Shown in pieces: positions 10,137 through 19,885 of a stretch of 64,000 nt of DNA (its first letter is position 1; every line of letters begins with the position of its first letter). The notes beneath the pieces are model-generated. The model was not told the DNA's origin. It did not search any database and was given only the letters and a program-made list of their open reading frames with translations. Location: assembly GCA_947503435.1 (NCBI GenBank), contig CANNDL010000001.1, forward strand, positions 83,469 to 147,468, read 5' to 3'. The stretch comes from an uncultured Kangiella sp. (lineage in GTDB: Bacteria > Pseudomonadota > Gammaproteobacteria > Enterobacterales > Kangiellaceae). The translations under genes were made by a program, and so were the position numbers.

Positions 10137-10508
10137 ATGAAACCTGGAAAAACGGGTTTAGCCCGAATTTTTGCTGCTTTTAAATATTCAATGCAAGGTT
10201 TGAAGGCGGCATGGCGACATGAAGCCGCCTTTCGACAAGAAGTATTATTGGCAATATTATTAATTCCTGCTGCATTTTTCGTAGGGCAGACGACGATGGA
10301 GACAATTTTACTGATTTTTTGTATTGGTATTGTATTTATTTGTGAGCTAGCAAACTCTGCTTTAGAGGCGACGATTGACCGTTTCGGTGGTGAAATTCAT
10401 GAACTGTCAGGACGGGCAAAAGATATAGGCTCTGCTATGGTATTGATAAGCTTATTACTTACAGCCTTTGTTTGGCTGATGCTAATGTATAAAAACTTCA
10501 TGATTTAG
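10137..10508 (+). CDS. dgkA: Diacylglycerol kinase
   Basis: EAAFRQE, ELANSALEATIDR, ELSGRAKDIGSA; start taken as the ATG at 10137. Confidence 0.95.
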   Translation: MKPGKTGLARIFAAFKYSMQGLKAAWRHEAAFRQEVLLAILLIPAAFFVGQTTMETILLIFCIGIVFICELANSALEATIDRFGGEIHELSGRAKDIGSAMVLISLLLTAFVWLMLMYKNFMI

Positions 10509-10514
10509 GTGCTT

Positions 10515-11102
10515 TCAGCTTAAAGCACGGATAAATTTTTTGGCATGTTGTGCGGCCAATTGCCAAGTTTCTTCGCTAGTAAGATCTGAGCGCTTTAAGG
10601 TTTCTAAACTGTGATTGCCGTCGTGTAGCCATTTTATATTGATATTTTCCGATAGCTGATAACCGCGAACTTCTTCAGGCTTTCCGAATGTATCACGAGT
10701 ACCTTGTAATATAAGCGTTGGAATACTTAACCGTTTTAAATGAGCAGTGCGAGTTTTCTCAGGTTTGGCTGGCGGGTGAAATGGATAGCCGAAACAAATT
10801 ACGCCTGAAACGCTGAGCTGTTCAGCGATCATAGTTGCAACTCTAGCGCCCATTGATTTGCCCCCAATGAATATATTGTTTCTATTCAGAGCTGTAACTT
10901 GTTCAATAAATGCTTGCTCAAGTATTGGCATTCGATCAGGAGGTGACTTTTTACCAGTTTGTTGCCGACGTTGCATGTAAGGAAAGTCAAAACGAATGAC
11001 CTCAACACTATCTGATGCAATCAGCGTCGCCATTTTGGCCATAAATTCAGAATTTGAATCGGCTCCGGCTCCATGGGCAAAGACAAGGGTTGCTTTTGAC
11101 AT
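10515..11102 (-). CDS. Alpha/beta hydrolase (KANL3/Tex30-like family)
   Basis: FAHGAGA, RFDFPYM, GGKSMGAR, GYPFHPP, QGTRDTFG, DGNHS. Confidence 0.85.
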   Translation of the reverse strand: MSKATLVFAHGAGADSNSEFMAKMATLIASDSVEVIRFDFPYMQRRQQTGKKSPPDRMPILEQAFIEQVTALNRNNIFIGGKSMGARVATMIAEQLSVSGVICFGYPFHPPAKPEKTRTAHLKRLSIPTLILQGTRDTFGKPEEVRGYQLSENINIKWLHDGNHSLETLKRSDLTSEETWQLAAQHAKKFIRALS

Positions 11103-11193
11103 AGGTTTCTCAGTTTTAGCTTTTCTTATTGATCGGTTTTGTTACACTAGCCGTAACTTCATTGCTTACCGCTGATTGTATTATTCTTTGAAT

Positions 11194-12021
11194 ATGAAAA
11201 ACAATAAAAGTAACTTTCAAAGACCCTTTCTGAAATGGGCAGGCGGTAAATATCGATTATTACCAAGAATATTGGAAGCACTGCCTAAAGGCAATAAACT
11301 GATAGAACCATTTGTCGGTTCCGGTGTTGTATTTTTAAATTCTGATTACGAGCGCTATCTACTAACTGATATTAATCCTGACTTGATCAATTTATTTCTA
11401 GATCTTAAGCAGGGAAAGTCTAAGTTTATAGACTTTTGTTCTAATTACTTTACCGATAAAAACAACCAAGAAAAACGCTACTATCAGTTGCGCAATCACT
11501 TCAATCAGTTAGAAGCAGGCTGGGAACGATCGGCACTATTTTTGTATTTTAATCGTCATGGTTATAACGGTTTGTGTCGTTATAATCGTTCTGGTGGTTT
11601 TAATGTACCATTCGGGCGTTATAAAAAGCCTTACTTCCCCGCGAAAGAGATGGAACATTTTTATATCAAGGCAAAGAAAGCAGACTTTCGATGTCAGCCG
11701 TTTTTAAAAACTATGAGCCACTCTCGAAAAGGTAATGTGGTTTATTGCGACCCACCTTACTTGCCCTGGTCATTGACCGCAAACTTTACCAGTTATGCAA
11801 AACAAGACTTTTCATTGGATGAACAAAGAGATTTAGCGTTGGAGGCTTTTAGTTTAGCTAGTCGAGGCGTTCCAGTAGTGGTAGCCAATCATGATACTCA
11901 ATTTGCCCGCATGATATATGAAAAGGCAAATCAAATTGAATCATTCCCAGTAAGACGATTCATTTCTTGCGACGGAAAAGGTCGCAAACATGCCCAAGAA
12001 TTGATGGCTATTTATAAATAA
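11194..12021 (+). CDS. dam: Orphan Dam-type DNA adenine methyltransferase
   Basis: FLKWAGGK, EPFVGSG, NRHGYNGLCRYN...FNVPFGRY, YCDPPY; no cognate endonuclease nearby. Confidence 0.92.
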   Translation: MKNNKSNFQRPFLKWAGGKYRLLPRILEALPKGNKLIEPFVGSGVVFLNSDYERYLLTDINPDLINLFLDLKQGKSKFIDFCSNYFTDKNNQEKRYYQLRNHFNQLEAGWERSALFLYFNRHGYNGLCRYNRSGGFNVPFGRYKKPYFPAKEMEHFYIKAKKADFRCQPFLKTMSHSRKGNVVYCDPPYLPWSLTANFTSYAKQDFSLDEQRDLALEAFSLASRGVPVVVANHDTQFARMIYEKANQIESFPVRRFISCDGKGRKHAQELMAIYK

Positions 12022-12270
12022 TTAGCTACCGGGCTCGAGTATTTTATTCACAAAATAAAGGATGGTGAAAATAAATACCACGGTAAAGATAATGCCACCC
12101 AAGATTAGTTTAACTGGGTCGGCTTTTTTAAAATCTTTTTCGCGTTGAGATTCGCTTTGTACGCCAATCATGGCGCCAAGTACACTCACCACCGTTGACC
12201 AAAAGCCTGGCGTTTTTTCAGTTTCAGGAGGTTGCTTATTTTCTTCGTTAGGAGTCTTCGTCATCGCCAA
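12022..12270 (-). CDS. DUF2970-like small membrane protein
   Basis: SVLGAMIGVQSESQREKDF plus one C-terminal TM helix. Confidence 0.75.
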   Translation of the reverse strand: MAMTKTPNEENKQPPETEKTPGFWSTVVSVLGAMIGVQSESQREKDFKKADPVKLILGGIIFTVVFIFTILYFVNKILEPGS

Positions 12271-12568
12271 ATAACTCTATAAATTCTATAAAGTGTAGGC
12301 TTGGCATTGTATGGCTTTTAGTGAGCCATGAAAAGAAGCTAGTAGAAGATTTTGTCTTCTTTTTCAATTCTGGAGATACTACTACTGGTGGTAAGTCAGG
12401 TTCGGCGTGAGCTATAACATCGATCTTCTCTGAAGCTGGAGCATAGTAGCTACCATCGGCTGCATAGAAAGTCGATTTGCAGTTTGCATTAGAAGCAGCC
12501 AAATTTCCAGATAGCAATAATGCTAAACCTGAAATGGTTAATACCAAGCTAAAATGCTTACCTTTCAT
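12248..12568 (-). CDS. Hypothetical secreted protein
   Basis: Signal-peptide-like N-terminus (ALLLSGNLAA), RBS AGGAG upstream. Confidence 0.6.
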   Translation of the reverse strand: MKGKHFSLVLTISGLALLLSGNLAASNANCKSTFYAADGSYYAPASEKIDVIAHAEPDLPPVVVSPELKKKTKSSTSFFSWLTKSHTMPSLHFIEFIELFGDDEDS

Positions 12569-12662
12569 CCTTAACTCCTAGTAGTTTGCACCAATAATCA
12601 TGACCTTATGTAATGACTATTACGAGCACACCTCATAATATAAAGGAAGGCGAGCTAATGAA

Positions 12663-14033
12663 TCAAGGGATTAGTCGCTCAATTTGTAAGGAATTTTGTA
12701 TAGAAGTGTCAAGGGAGTCAATTAATTCAAAGACTTGGCTGATATTTAGCCTTGGATCAACCAAACTGGTATAAGCTTGGCTCAGCTCCGACTCGGATAC
12801 CTGATAGCTACTCCCCGTACATTCCATTACAGCTTCAGCTGTCATTTCTAAATGCAATCCGCCGAGAATAGAGCCTTGTTCTAAATGAATATCAATGGCT
12901 TGAGATAGCTCAGATTGAATATGTTCAAAATCACGAGTTTTAATGCCTTGATTGGTTAGGCGGCCATTACCATGCATGGGATCACAGCACCATAAAACTT
13001 TCAAATCTACAGCTTGAATGGCTTGAATCAAAAGCGGCAATTTTTGAGCAATGTCTTTATAACCAAAGCGATGAATTAAAGTTAGCCGTCCGGCTTCGTT
13101 ATTGGGATTGATAGCCTGACATAAACTCACTAGTTGTTGCGGTTCCATTTGTGGACCAACTTTAATGGCAACAGGGTTAGCAATGCCACGTAAATATTCT
13201 ATATGAGCGCTATTGGTGGATGCAGTACGCATTCCAACCCAAGGGTAATGAGTCGATAAATTATACCAATCGCCATTGGAGTTTTTGCGAGTCAAAGCTT
13301 CTTCGTAGTGCAAATGCAGGGCTTCATGGCTAGTATAGAATTCTTTAAGCCCTTTGGTTACAGGTTGTGAGCCATTGATGTTATGAAACATTTGCGCCAT
13401 TTGCTGGAATTGCAAAATACTTTGATGCAATTGTTTTGCTTGCTTTAAATTTTGCAAAGCCTTGGCTTCATCGTCTAATTGGAATAATTCGCTGAGATCC
13501 GTTTCCAACATGGCACGAATATAATTTAAAGTTAAAGAAGCGTAACTATAGCCTTGTAACATCCGCTGAGGATCGGGCGTGCGAGCCGATTCGCTAAAAT
13601 GAATATGATTAACTAAGTCGCCGCGATAACTTGGAAAACTTTCATCTAGTTTGGTTTCCATTAATTGGGAGCGCGGTTTAGCATACTGACCGGCGATACG
13701 GCCGATCCGAGTTATGGGCTTATTGAGCTTATGGCTAAGAATTAAACTTAAATTGACCAAAAGTCGCACTTTCTGCGATATAGAATCGGCATTGCAGTCA
13801 GAAAAAGATTCGGCACAGTCGCCTCCTTGCAAGATAAAGTGTTTACCTTCTTGCGCTAAGGCAATTTGTGATTTGAGGTTATCTACTTCAACCGCCGATA
13901 CCAAAGGTGGAAGCTGGCTCAGCTGTTCAATAGCTTTGAGCAGAGCCTCTTTATCGCCATAGTTAATCTGTTGACTAACAGGCTTATCTTTCCAACTTGC
14001 AGGGTGCCAACTTTCTGGCTGCGATTTACTCAT
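12663..14033 (-). CDS. 3-deoxy-7-phosphoheptulonate (DAHP) synthase, class II
   Basis: GGDCAESF, GRIAGQYAKPRS, SYRGDLVN, TSHEAL, DPMHGN, GLHLEM, DPRLN. Confidence 0.92.
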   Translation of the reverse strand: MSKSQPESWHPASWKDKPVSQQINYGDKEALLKAIEQLSQLPPLVSAVEVDNLKSQIALAQEGKHFILQGGDCAESFSDCNADSISQKVRLLVNLSLILSHKLNKPITRIGRIAGQYAKPRSQLMETKLDESFPSYRGDLVNHIHFSESARTPDPQRMLQGYSYASLTLNYIRAMLETDLSELFQLDDEAKALQNLKQAKQLHQSILQFQQMAQMFHNINGSQPVTKGLKEFYTSHEALHLHYEEALTRKNSNGDWYNLSTHYPWVGMRTASTNSAHIEYLRGIANPVAIKVGPQMEPQQLVSLCQAINPNNEAGRLTLIHRFGYKDIAQKLPLLIQAIQAVDLKVLWCCDPMHGNGRLTNQGIKTRDFEHIQSELSQAIDIHLEQGSILGGLHLEMTAEAVMECTGSSYQVSESELSQAYTSLVDPRLNISQVFELIDSLDTSIQNSLQIERLIP

Positions 14034-14127
14034 CTTTTCTAAATAGTTTTAGTCGTAAGACTTCATTAATAGCATTCTATCCCATAATATAGGGGCAGAC
14101 TATTGAATAACAAAGAATTTATAAAAA

Positions 14128-15492
14128 GTGGCAAAAGTTAAAACCATTTATGCCTGCCAAGAATGTGGCTCCGAAACCCCTCAATGGGCAGGGCAGTGCG
14201 GGCAATGCAAAGCCTGGAATTCATTGGTAGAACATATCGATGAAAAGAAAGCTGCTAGCGGAAAAAGCTCACGTTTTACGGGTTACGCTGGAGCTAAGAC
14301 AAAAGTAGTACGAATGGACAAGGTGGACTTGTCTGAATTACCGCGTATGTCTTCGGGCTTAACCGAACTTGATCGAGTGCTTGGCGGTGGTTTAGTACCT
14401 GGCTCGGTGGTGTTAATGGGAGGTGATCCGGGTATCGGTAAATCGACCATTCTTTTACAAAGCCTATGTAAGATAAGTGAGTCTGATTCCGTGCTTTATG
14501 TCACGGGTGAGGAATCGATGCAGCAAGTGACCATGCGCGCTCAGCGTTTGGGTTTAGCTACAGGCGAATTTGACTTGCTAACCGAAACTCAAGTGGAAAA
14601 TATTACCGCGCAAGCTTTAATCACCAAACCGAAAGTGATGGTGGTGGATTCGATCCAGACCATTTACACGGAAATTTTGCAGTCAGCCCCGGGTGGTGTG
14701 GCTCAGGTTCGTGAATCAGCGGCGCAGCTAGTACGTTTTGCCAAACAAACTGGAACCACATTATTGGTGGTTGGCCACGTAACAAAAGATGGAGCTTTGG
14801 CTGGTCCACGAGTATTAGAACATATGGTGGATGCGGTTCTGTATTTCGAAGGCGAGCGTGATGGACGTTTGCGTTTATTGCGTGCTGTGAAAAATCGTTT
14901 TGGTGCGGTCAATGAGCTTGGTGTTTTTGCTATGACCGATACTGGTTTAAAGCAAGTAAAGAATCCATCTGCAATATTCCTTTCCAAATACCAAGATCCA
15001 GTATCTGGCAGTGCCGTAATGGCAACTTGGGAAGGCACTCGGCCAATGCTGGTGGAAATCCAAGCGTTAGTGGATTCATCTCATGCGCCACAGCCAAAAC
15101 GTATTGCAGTGGGATTAGATCACCAAAGAATCGCTATGCTTCTGGCGGTGCTTAATCGTCATGGCGGAATTGCTACTTTCGACCAAGATGTTTTTGCCAA
15201 CGTGGTTGGCGGTGTTCGAGTGATGGAAACTTCCGCTGACCTAGCTTTAATAGCCGCTATTATTTCTAGTTTAAGAAATAGACCATTAGAGCAGCATCAA
15301 GTCATCTTCGGGGAAATAGGATTAGCAGGGGAAATTCGCCCTGTGCCCAATGGCCAAGAACGACTTAATGAAGCAGTAAAACATGGCTTTAAAAAAGCTA
15401 TAGTGCCGCAAGGCAATATTCCTTCGAAACCCATTAAAGGACTGCAAGTGCATGGTGTTAGTAGATTGGAAGAAGTCCTAAACTTATTATGA
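14128..15492 (+). CDS. radA: DNA repair protein RadA/Sms
   Basis: N-terminal CxxC...CxxC, GGDPGIGKST, KNRFG, GEIGLAGEIR. Confidence 0.97.
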   Translation: MAKVKTIYACQECGSETPQWAGQCGQCKAWNSLVEHIDEKKAASGKSSRFTGYAGAKTKVVRMDKVDLSELPRMSSGLTELDRVLGGGLVPGSVVLMGGDPGIGKSTILLQSLCKISESDSVLYVTGEESMQQVTMRAQRLGLATGEFDLLTETQVENITAQALITKPKVMVVDSIQTIYTEILQSAPGGVAQVRESAAQLVRFAKQTGTTLLVVGHVTKDGALAGPRVLEHMVDAVLYFEGERDGRLRLLRAVKNRFGAVNELGVFAMTDTGLKQVKNPSAIFLSKYQDPVSGSAVMATWEGTRPMLVEIQALVDSSHAPQPKRIAVGLDHQRIAMLLAVLNRHGGIATFDQDVFANVVGGVRVMETSADLALIAAIISSLRNRPLEQHQVIFGEIGLAGEIRPVPNGQERLNEAVKHGFKKAIVPQGNIPSKPIKGLQVHGVSRLEEVLNLL

Positions 15493-16103
15493 AACGGCGT
15501 AAGTTTAAACCCGAAAAACTGTTTAAACCCCGTGATTTTGCTAATCCAGAAGTAACTGATAACTGTTATTTAGAGATTGGCGCTGGGCGTGGTTTGCATG
15601 CGGTGCAGTTTGCTCAAGCTAATCCTGATAAGCAGTTAATTGCCATTGAAAGAACGCGAGTGAAATATGAGGACTTTTCAAAACGATCGAAAAAGGAAAA
15701 GTTAGATAACTTAACTCCAGTACATGCGGATGCTATTCCTTGGGTGGTGCATGCCTTGCCACCACAATCTTTAAACGGTGTGTTCTTACTGTATCCAAAT
15801 CCAGAACCTAAAAACGCCCAACAACGATGGCTGAATATGCCGTTCTTTGAGTTTTTACTATCGCGACTAAAGCCAGAAGCGAAGATAGTATTAGCAACTA
15901 ATATTAAAGACTATTTTGAAGAAGCCATCGAACAAACTAAGCAAGCGTGGCAATTGCCTTATAAATCCTTTGAAGTGGATAAAGACTCTAAGCGTACTCA
16001 CTTTGAAATTAAATACTTAGCTCGGGGCGAGGCTTGTTATCAATTAGAAATCACTAAGCCGAGCGATTATAAAACTCGTTTCGATAGTTATAATCAATCG
16101 TAA
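15489..16103 (+). CDS. TrmB-like class I SAM-dependent methyltransferase (divergent)
   Basis: LEIGAGRG, IAIE, HADA, THFEIKY; the canonical PDPW and ATD motifs read PNPE and ATN. Confidence 0.7.
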   Translation: MKRRKFKPEKLFKPRDFANPEVTDNCYLEIGAGRGLHAVQFAQANPDKQLIAIERTRVKYEDFSKRSKKEKLDNLTPVHADAIPWVVHALPPQSLNGVFLLYPNPEPKNAQQRWLNMPFFEFLLSRLKPEAKIVLATNIKDYFEEAIEQTKQAWQLPYKSFEVDKDSKRTHFEIKYLARGEACYQLEITKPSDYKTRFDSYNQS

Positions 16104-16186
16104 AATAGCCTGCTTTTACAAATGGTTACAGTAGGTAATGCATTTTTGACTTATAATTAATGCAGAATTGACTCTTAAATTGAACC

Positions 16187-17947
16187 ATGCGTTATTACTT
16201 ACTACTGACAATTTTACTATTATCCTCGTATGAAGCAGGCGCTGCTATTTGCGCTATGCCAGGTACTGATGGTAGTCCAACTATAACTGGGGTAGTTAAT
16301 ACTTATTATGAACCCCTAGCTAGTGTCTCTGCTGGTGCTACGAGTATTACTCTAGGGACTTCTTCAGGTGCTGGGGAGTCATTTGCCGCAGGTGATTTAG
16401 CCTTAATTATTCAAAATCAAGATGCTTCAATCAATTCCTCCAATAGCATTTCCTATGGCGATGGTTCTACTGGACGAGGCTACACTTTTTTAAATAGCAC
16501 AGGATTTTATGAATTTGCCAGCATTGCTTCGGTAGCCGGCTCTACCATAACCCTAAGTAGCGGTTTGCAAAATTCTTACACTCAAAGCGCCGCAACCTTT
16601 TTAAACGGACAAAAAACTTTTCAAATAATTAAAGTTCCTCAATATCAAGATGTGACATTTAGCGGAACCTTGACTGCGCCTGCATGGGATGGAGCGAAAG
16701 GCGGAGTGTTTGTAATAGATGTGGTGGATACGGTTTCTGGCAATTCAGCAACTATTGACTTAGAAGGGTTGGGTTTTCGAGGTGGGGCTTATCAAGATAA
16801 TGGAGTATCTACCAACGCCACCCAGCGGCTCGAGTATGTCGCTAATGCGATAAATAATGCTGGCACAGGTGGTAACCGTCATGCAGGAAAAGGTGAAGGT
16901 ATAGCAGGAACCCCACAGTTTGTTTACAACGGCTCTAATGTTGTTGATACCAATGGTGGTTCGACAGCAGACGGGTACCCAAGTGGCGACTATGCCCGTG
17001 GTGCTCCTGGGAATGCTGGCGGCGGCGGTAATGAATGGAGTAGCGGTAACGATTCTGGCGGCGGCGGTGGCGGTAACTTTGGCCAAGGCGGGCAAGGTGG
17101 TGCTGGTTGGAATCAAAATCCTGATACTCAAAATGTTGGCGGTTTAGGCGGCGGAGCTTTTCCGGCAGCGCAAAGCCGAGTTGTTTTTGGCGGCGGCGGT
17201 GGTGCAGGTATGGCTAATAATGCAAATACGCCACATGGAGGAAATGGAGGTGGAATTGCAATAATTAGAAGTAATGTTATCAGCGGATCTTTTACCGTGG
17301 ATGTTGATGGGAGTGATGGTACTACTTCTGTCAATAATGATGCGGGCGGTGGCGCTGGAGCTGCAGGATCTTCCGTTATTATAGCTTCTGGCGGATTAGG
17401 GGGCGTTACCGTATCTGCCGTAGGCGGCGATGGCGGCGACGGCTGGCCAATAAATAGTGGTAGTAACGATATGCACGGACCAGGTGGCGGTGGTGCTGGG
17501 GGATATGTCATTTACTCTTCAGGAGCTGGAACTCCCAGTGTTTCAGTGGCAAGTGGCGCTAATGGTACTACGACCACTCGTGAGGAAATATTTGGTTCAA
17601 GTCCTGGCTCCACAGGTTCAGATACCGCAGAAAGTATTGTTTATCCCTGTGCAGCAGAATTAGAAGTAACCAAATCGGATTCAGAAACAGAATATACACC
17701 AGGTGGTTCTACAACGTATCAGATTACTGTGACCAATAGTGGTCCTGCCAATGTAACCGGCGCAACTGTAAGCGACACAGTTCGCGCAGGATTGAGTATC
17801 GGGGCGGTGACTTGCTCAGTACCTGCCGCTTGTACTGCTATTAGTATTGTGGGCCAACAAATAGATATCACGCTTGATATTAATAATGGCCAATCAATTA
17901 TTATTTCAGTACCAATTACTTATAGCTCAGATCCTACTGGTTACTAA
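16187..17947 (+). CDS. Secreted Gly/Asn-rich surface protein with a C-terminal DUF11-like Ig domain
   Basis: Signal peptide, repeated GGGGG/GGAGG blocks, C-terminal LEVTKSD...TYQITVTNSGP. Confidence 0.75.
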   Translation: MRYYLLLTILLLSSYEAGAAICAMPGTDGSPTITGVVNTYYEPLASVSAGATSITLGTSSGAGESFAAGDLALIIQNQDASINSSNSISYGDGSTGRGYTFLNSTGFYEFASIASVAGSTITLSSGLQNSYTQSAATFLNGQKTFQIIKVPQYQDVTFSGTLTAPAWDGAKGGVFVIDVVDTVSGNSATIDLEGLGFRGGAYQDNGVSTNATQRLEYVANAINNAGTGGNRHAGKGEGIAGTPQFVYNGSNVVDTNGGSTADGYPSGDYARGAPGNAGGGGNEWSSGNDSGGGGGGNFGQGGQGGAGWNQNPDTQNVGGLGGGAFPAAQSRVVFGGGGGAGMANNANTPHGGNGGGIAIIRSNVISGSFTVDVDGSDGTTSVNNDAGGGAGAAGSSVIIASGGLGGVTVSAVGGDGGDGWPINSGSNDMHGPGGGGAGGYVIYSSGAGTPSVSVASGANGTTTTREEIFGSSPGSTGSDTAESIVYPCAAELEVTKSDSETEYTPGGSTTYQITVTNSGPANVTGATVSDTVRAGLSIGAVTCSVPAACTAISIVGQQIDITLDINNGQSIIISVPITYSSDPTGY

Positions 17948-18035
17948 TCATTTTATAATTAGCAACAACTATTACTTGTTTGTGAATTATTATAAGGGTT
18001 ATTCTTGTATTTAAATTCTTTAAATACAACGTGTT

Positions 18036-19880
18036 ATGAAAATTATAAAAAAACTGTTCAAATGGATATTGATAATTACCTTATCACTCATAGTCGTAAT
18101 CGGTTTATGGATCTGGCAAGCAGCTAAGTTAGATAAACCGTTCGGAATTCCATTTGTCTCTGACAGCATTGATGTATTCTTTAATCGAGTCGCTATTAGT
18201 TTTATACAGGACAGTCCTGAAACGTTAACCAGTTTGCACGTTCTAGAACAATTTGGAATTACTGGCCATCAAGATGATTTGGATGATGCTAGTGTCGAGG
18301 CAGGTGATAAAGCTTTAGCTAGAACTAAAAAGCAATTAAGCATTCTTAAAAGCTATCAAGACGATGAGCTAAGTGAAGAGCAAAAATTATCTAAAGAGCT
18401 GATGATTTATTTGCTGTCTCAAGGAGTAGATGCTGAGGAATTTCGCTTTCATAATTACCCTGTGAATCAGTTATTTGGTGCTCAATCTAATTTCCCGACA
18501 TTTATGGATTCGCAGCATCAGGTGAATTCGTTAGAAGACGCAGAGGACTATATTTCACGTTTAAGTAAAGTGGATACAAAATTTTCGCAGGTTTTAGAAG
18601 GCATAAAGCTTCGAACCAATATGGGAATCATTCCTCCTAAATTTGTCATAGCGCGTGTACTTGAAGAAATGAATAACTTTGTAGAGCAGCCTATCGAAGA
18701 AAATATTTTATATTCATCATTTCTTAATAAGTTAGAGAAAACAGATTTAACTTCTAAGGAAAAAAATACATTACTATCCGATGCAAAATCCGTTATCAAA
18801 AATGATGTGCATGATGCTTATAACAGCTTTATTGGTTATTTTTCTACATTAGGAGATAAAGCAACAACTGATGATGGGATCTGGAAGCTGCCAAATGGTG
18901 ACCAAGCTTATAAAGCGGCATTAAAGCAGTTTACAACTACCGACTATACTGCAGATTATATCCATAAGACTGGTTTGTCAGAAGTAGAGCGCATTCAAAA
19001 TGAAATTCTTGAAGTGTTAAAGGGCGAGGGATTTGATATCAGTCAAGGCTTTACTACGGTTTTAAAAGAGCTTTCCGAAGATCCTCGTTTTTATTACCCC
19101 GATACCGATGAAGGGCGAGAGCAAATTCTAAAAGATTATCAGGTTATTATTGATGAAATCTCGGCAGGGATGGATTCTGCCTTTAGAGTTGCTCCCAAGG
19201 CGTCGGTGAAAGTTGAAAGAATACCCTTGTTTAAAGAGAAAACTTCACCTGGAGCTTATTATCAGCAGCCTGCTTTAGATGGCTCAAGACCAGGTATTTT
19301 TTATGCCAATTTGTATGACATTAAAGCGACACCTACTTATAGCATGAGAACTCTTGCTTATCATGAAGCTGTGCCAGGACATCACTTTCAAGTGTCGATA
19401 ACCCAAGAACTTGAAGATGTACCAGTGTTCAGAAATTTCTCTTTATTCACTGCATATACTGAAGGCTGGGCTTTGTACACTGAAAGACTAGCTTGGGAGT
19501 TAGGTTTTCAAGATGATCCTTTCGATAATGTAGGTCGTTTACAGGCAGAGCTATTTAGAGCGGTAAGATTAGTGGTTGATACTGGTTTGCACGCACAGCG
19601 TTGGACTCGAGAAGAGGCCATAGATTATATGGTTAAAAATACTGGTATGGCGGAAAGTGACGTTATTGCTGAAATCGAGCGTTATATCGTTATTCCAGGG
19701 CAAGCAACGGCCTATAAAGTTGGAATGATGAAAATTTTAGAGCTTAGGGCTAAAGCTAAAAAGGCATTGGGTGACAAATTTGATTTAAGAGATTTTCATG
19801 ATCAAATTCTGAAAAATGGTGCCGTTCCTTTGAGTGTGCTGGAAAAGTTGATTGATCGTTATATCGCTGAAACGGTTTAG
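18036..19880 (+). CDS. DUF885 family protein
   Basis: YHEAVPGHHFQ, YTEGWALYTE, RAVRLVVDTGLH, PGQATAYKVG, FHDQILKNGAVPL. Confidence 0.9.
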   Translation: MKIIKKLFKWILIITLSLIVVIGLWIWQAAKLDKPFGIPFVSDSIDVFFNRVAISFIQDSPETLTSLHVLEQFGITGHQDDLDDASVEAGDKALARTKKQLSILKSYQDDELSEEQKLSKELMIYLLSQGVDAEEFRFHNYPVNQLFGAQSNFPTFMDSQHQVNSLEDAEDYISRLSKVDTKFSQVLEGIKLRTNMGIIPPKFVIARVLEEMNNFVEQPIEENILYSSFLNKLEKTDLTSKEKNTLLSDAKSVIKNDVHDAYNSFIGYFSTLGDKATTDDGIWKLPNGDQAYKAALKQFTTTDYTADYIHKTGLSEVERIQNEILEVLKGEGFDISQGFTTVLKELSEDPRFYYPDTDEGREQILKDYQVIIDEISAGMDSAFRVAPKASVKVERIPLFKEKTSPGAYYQQPALDGSRPGIFYANLYDIKATPTYSMRTLAYHEAVPGHHFQVSITQELEDVPVFRNFSLFTAYTEGWALYTERLAWELGFQDDPFDNVGRLQAELFRAVRLVVDTGLHAQRWTREEAIDYMVKNTGMAESDVIAEIERYIVIPGQATAYKVGMMKILELRAKAKKALGDKFDLRDFHDQILKNGAVPLSVLEKLIDRYIAETV

Positions 19881-19885
19881 AAAAT

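Noticed and set aside
11194-12021. dam as part of a restriction-modification or defence island
   Set aside because: No endonuclease, specificity subunit or mobility genes nearby; consistent with an orphan housekeeping Dam
12590-12625. Paired GTCAT on the minus strand resembling a Pho box
   Set aside because: The pitch is 13 bp instead of 11 and there is no correctly placed -10 element
16980-17500. GGC-rich repeats as a possible CRISPR array or DNA tandem repeat
   Set aside because: Explained by glycine codons in an open frame; there is no repeat-spacer periodicity
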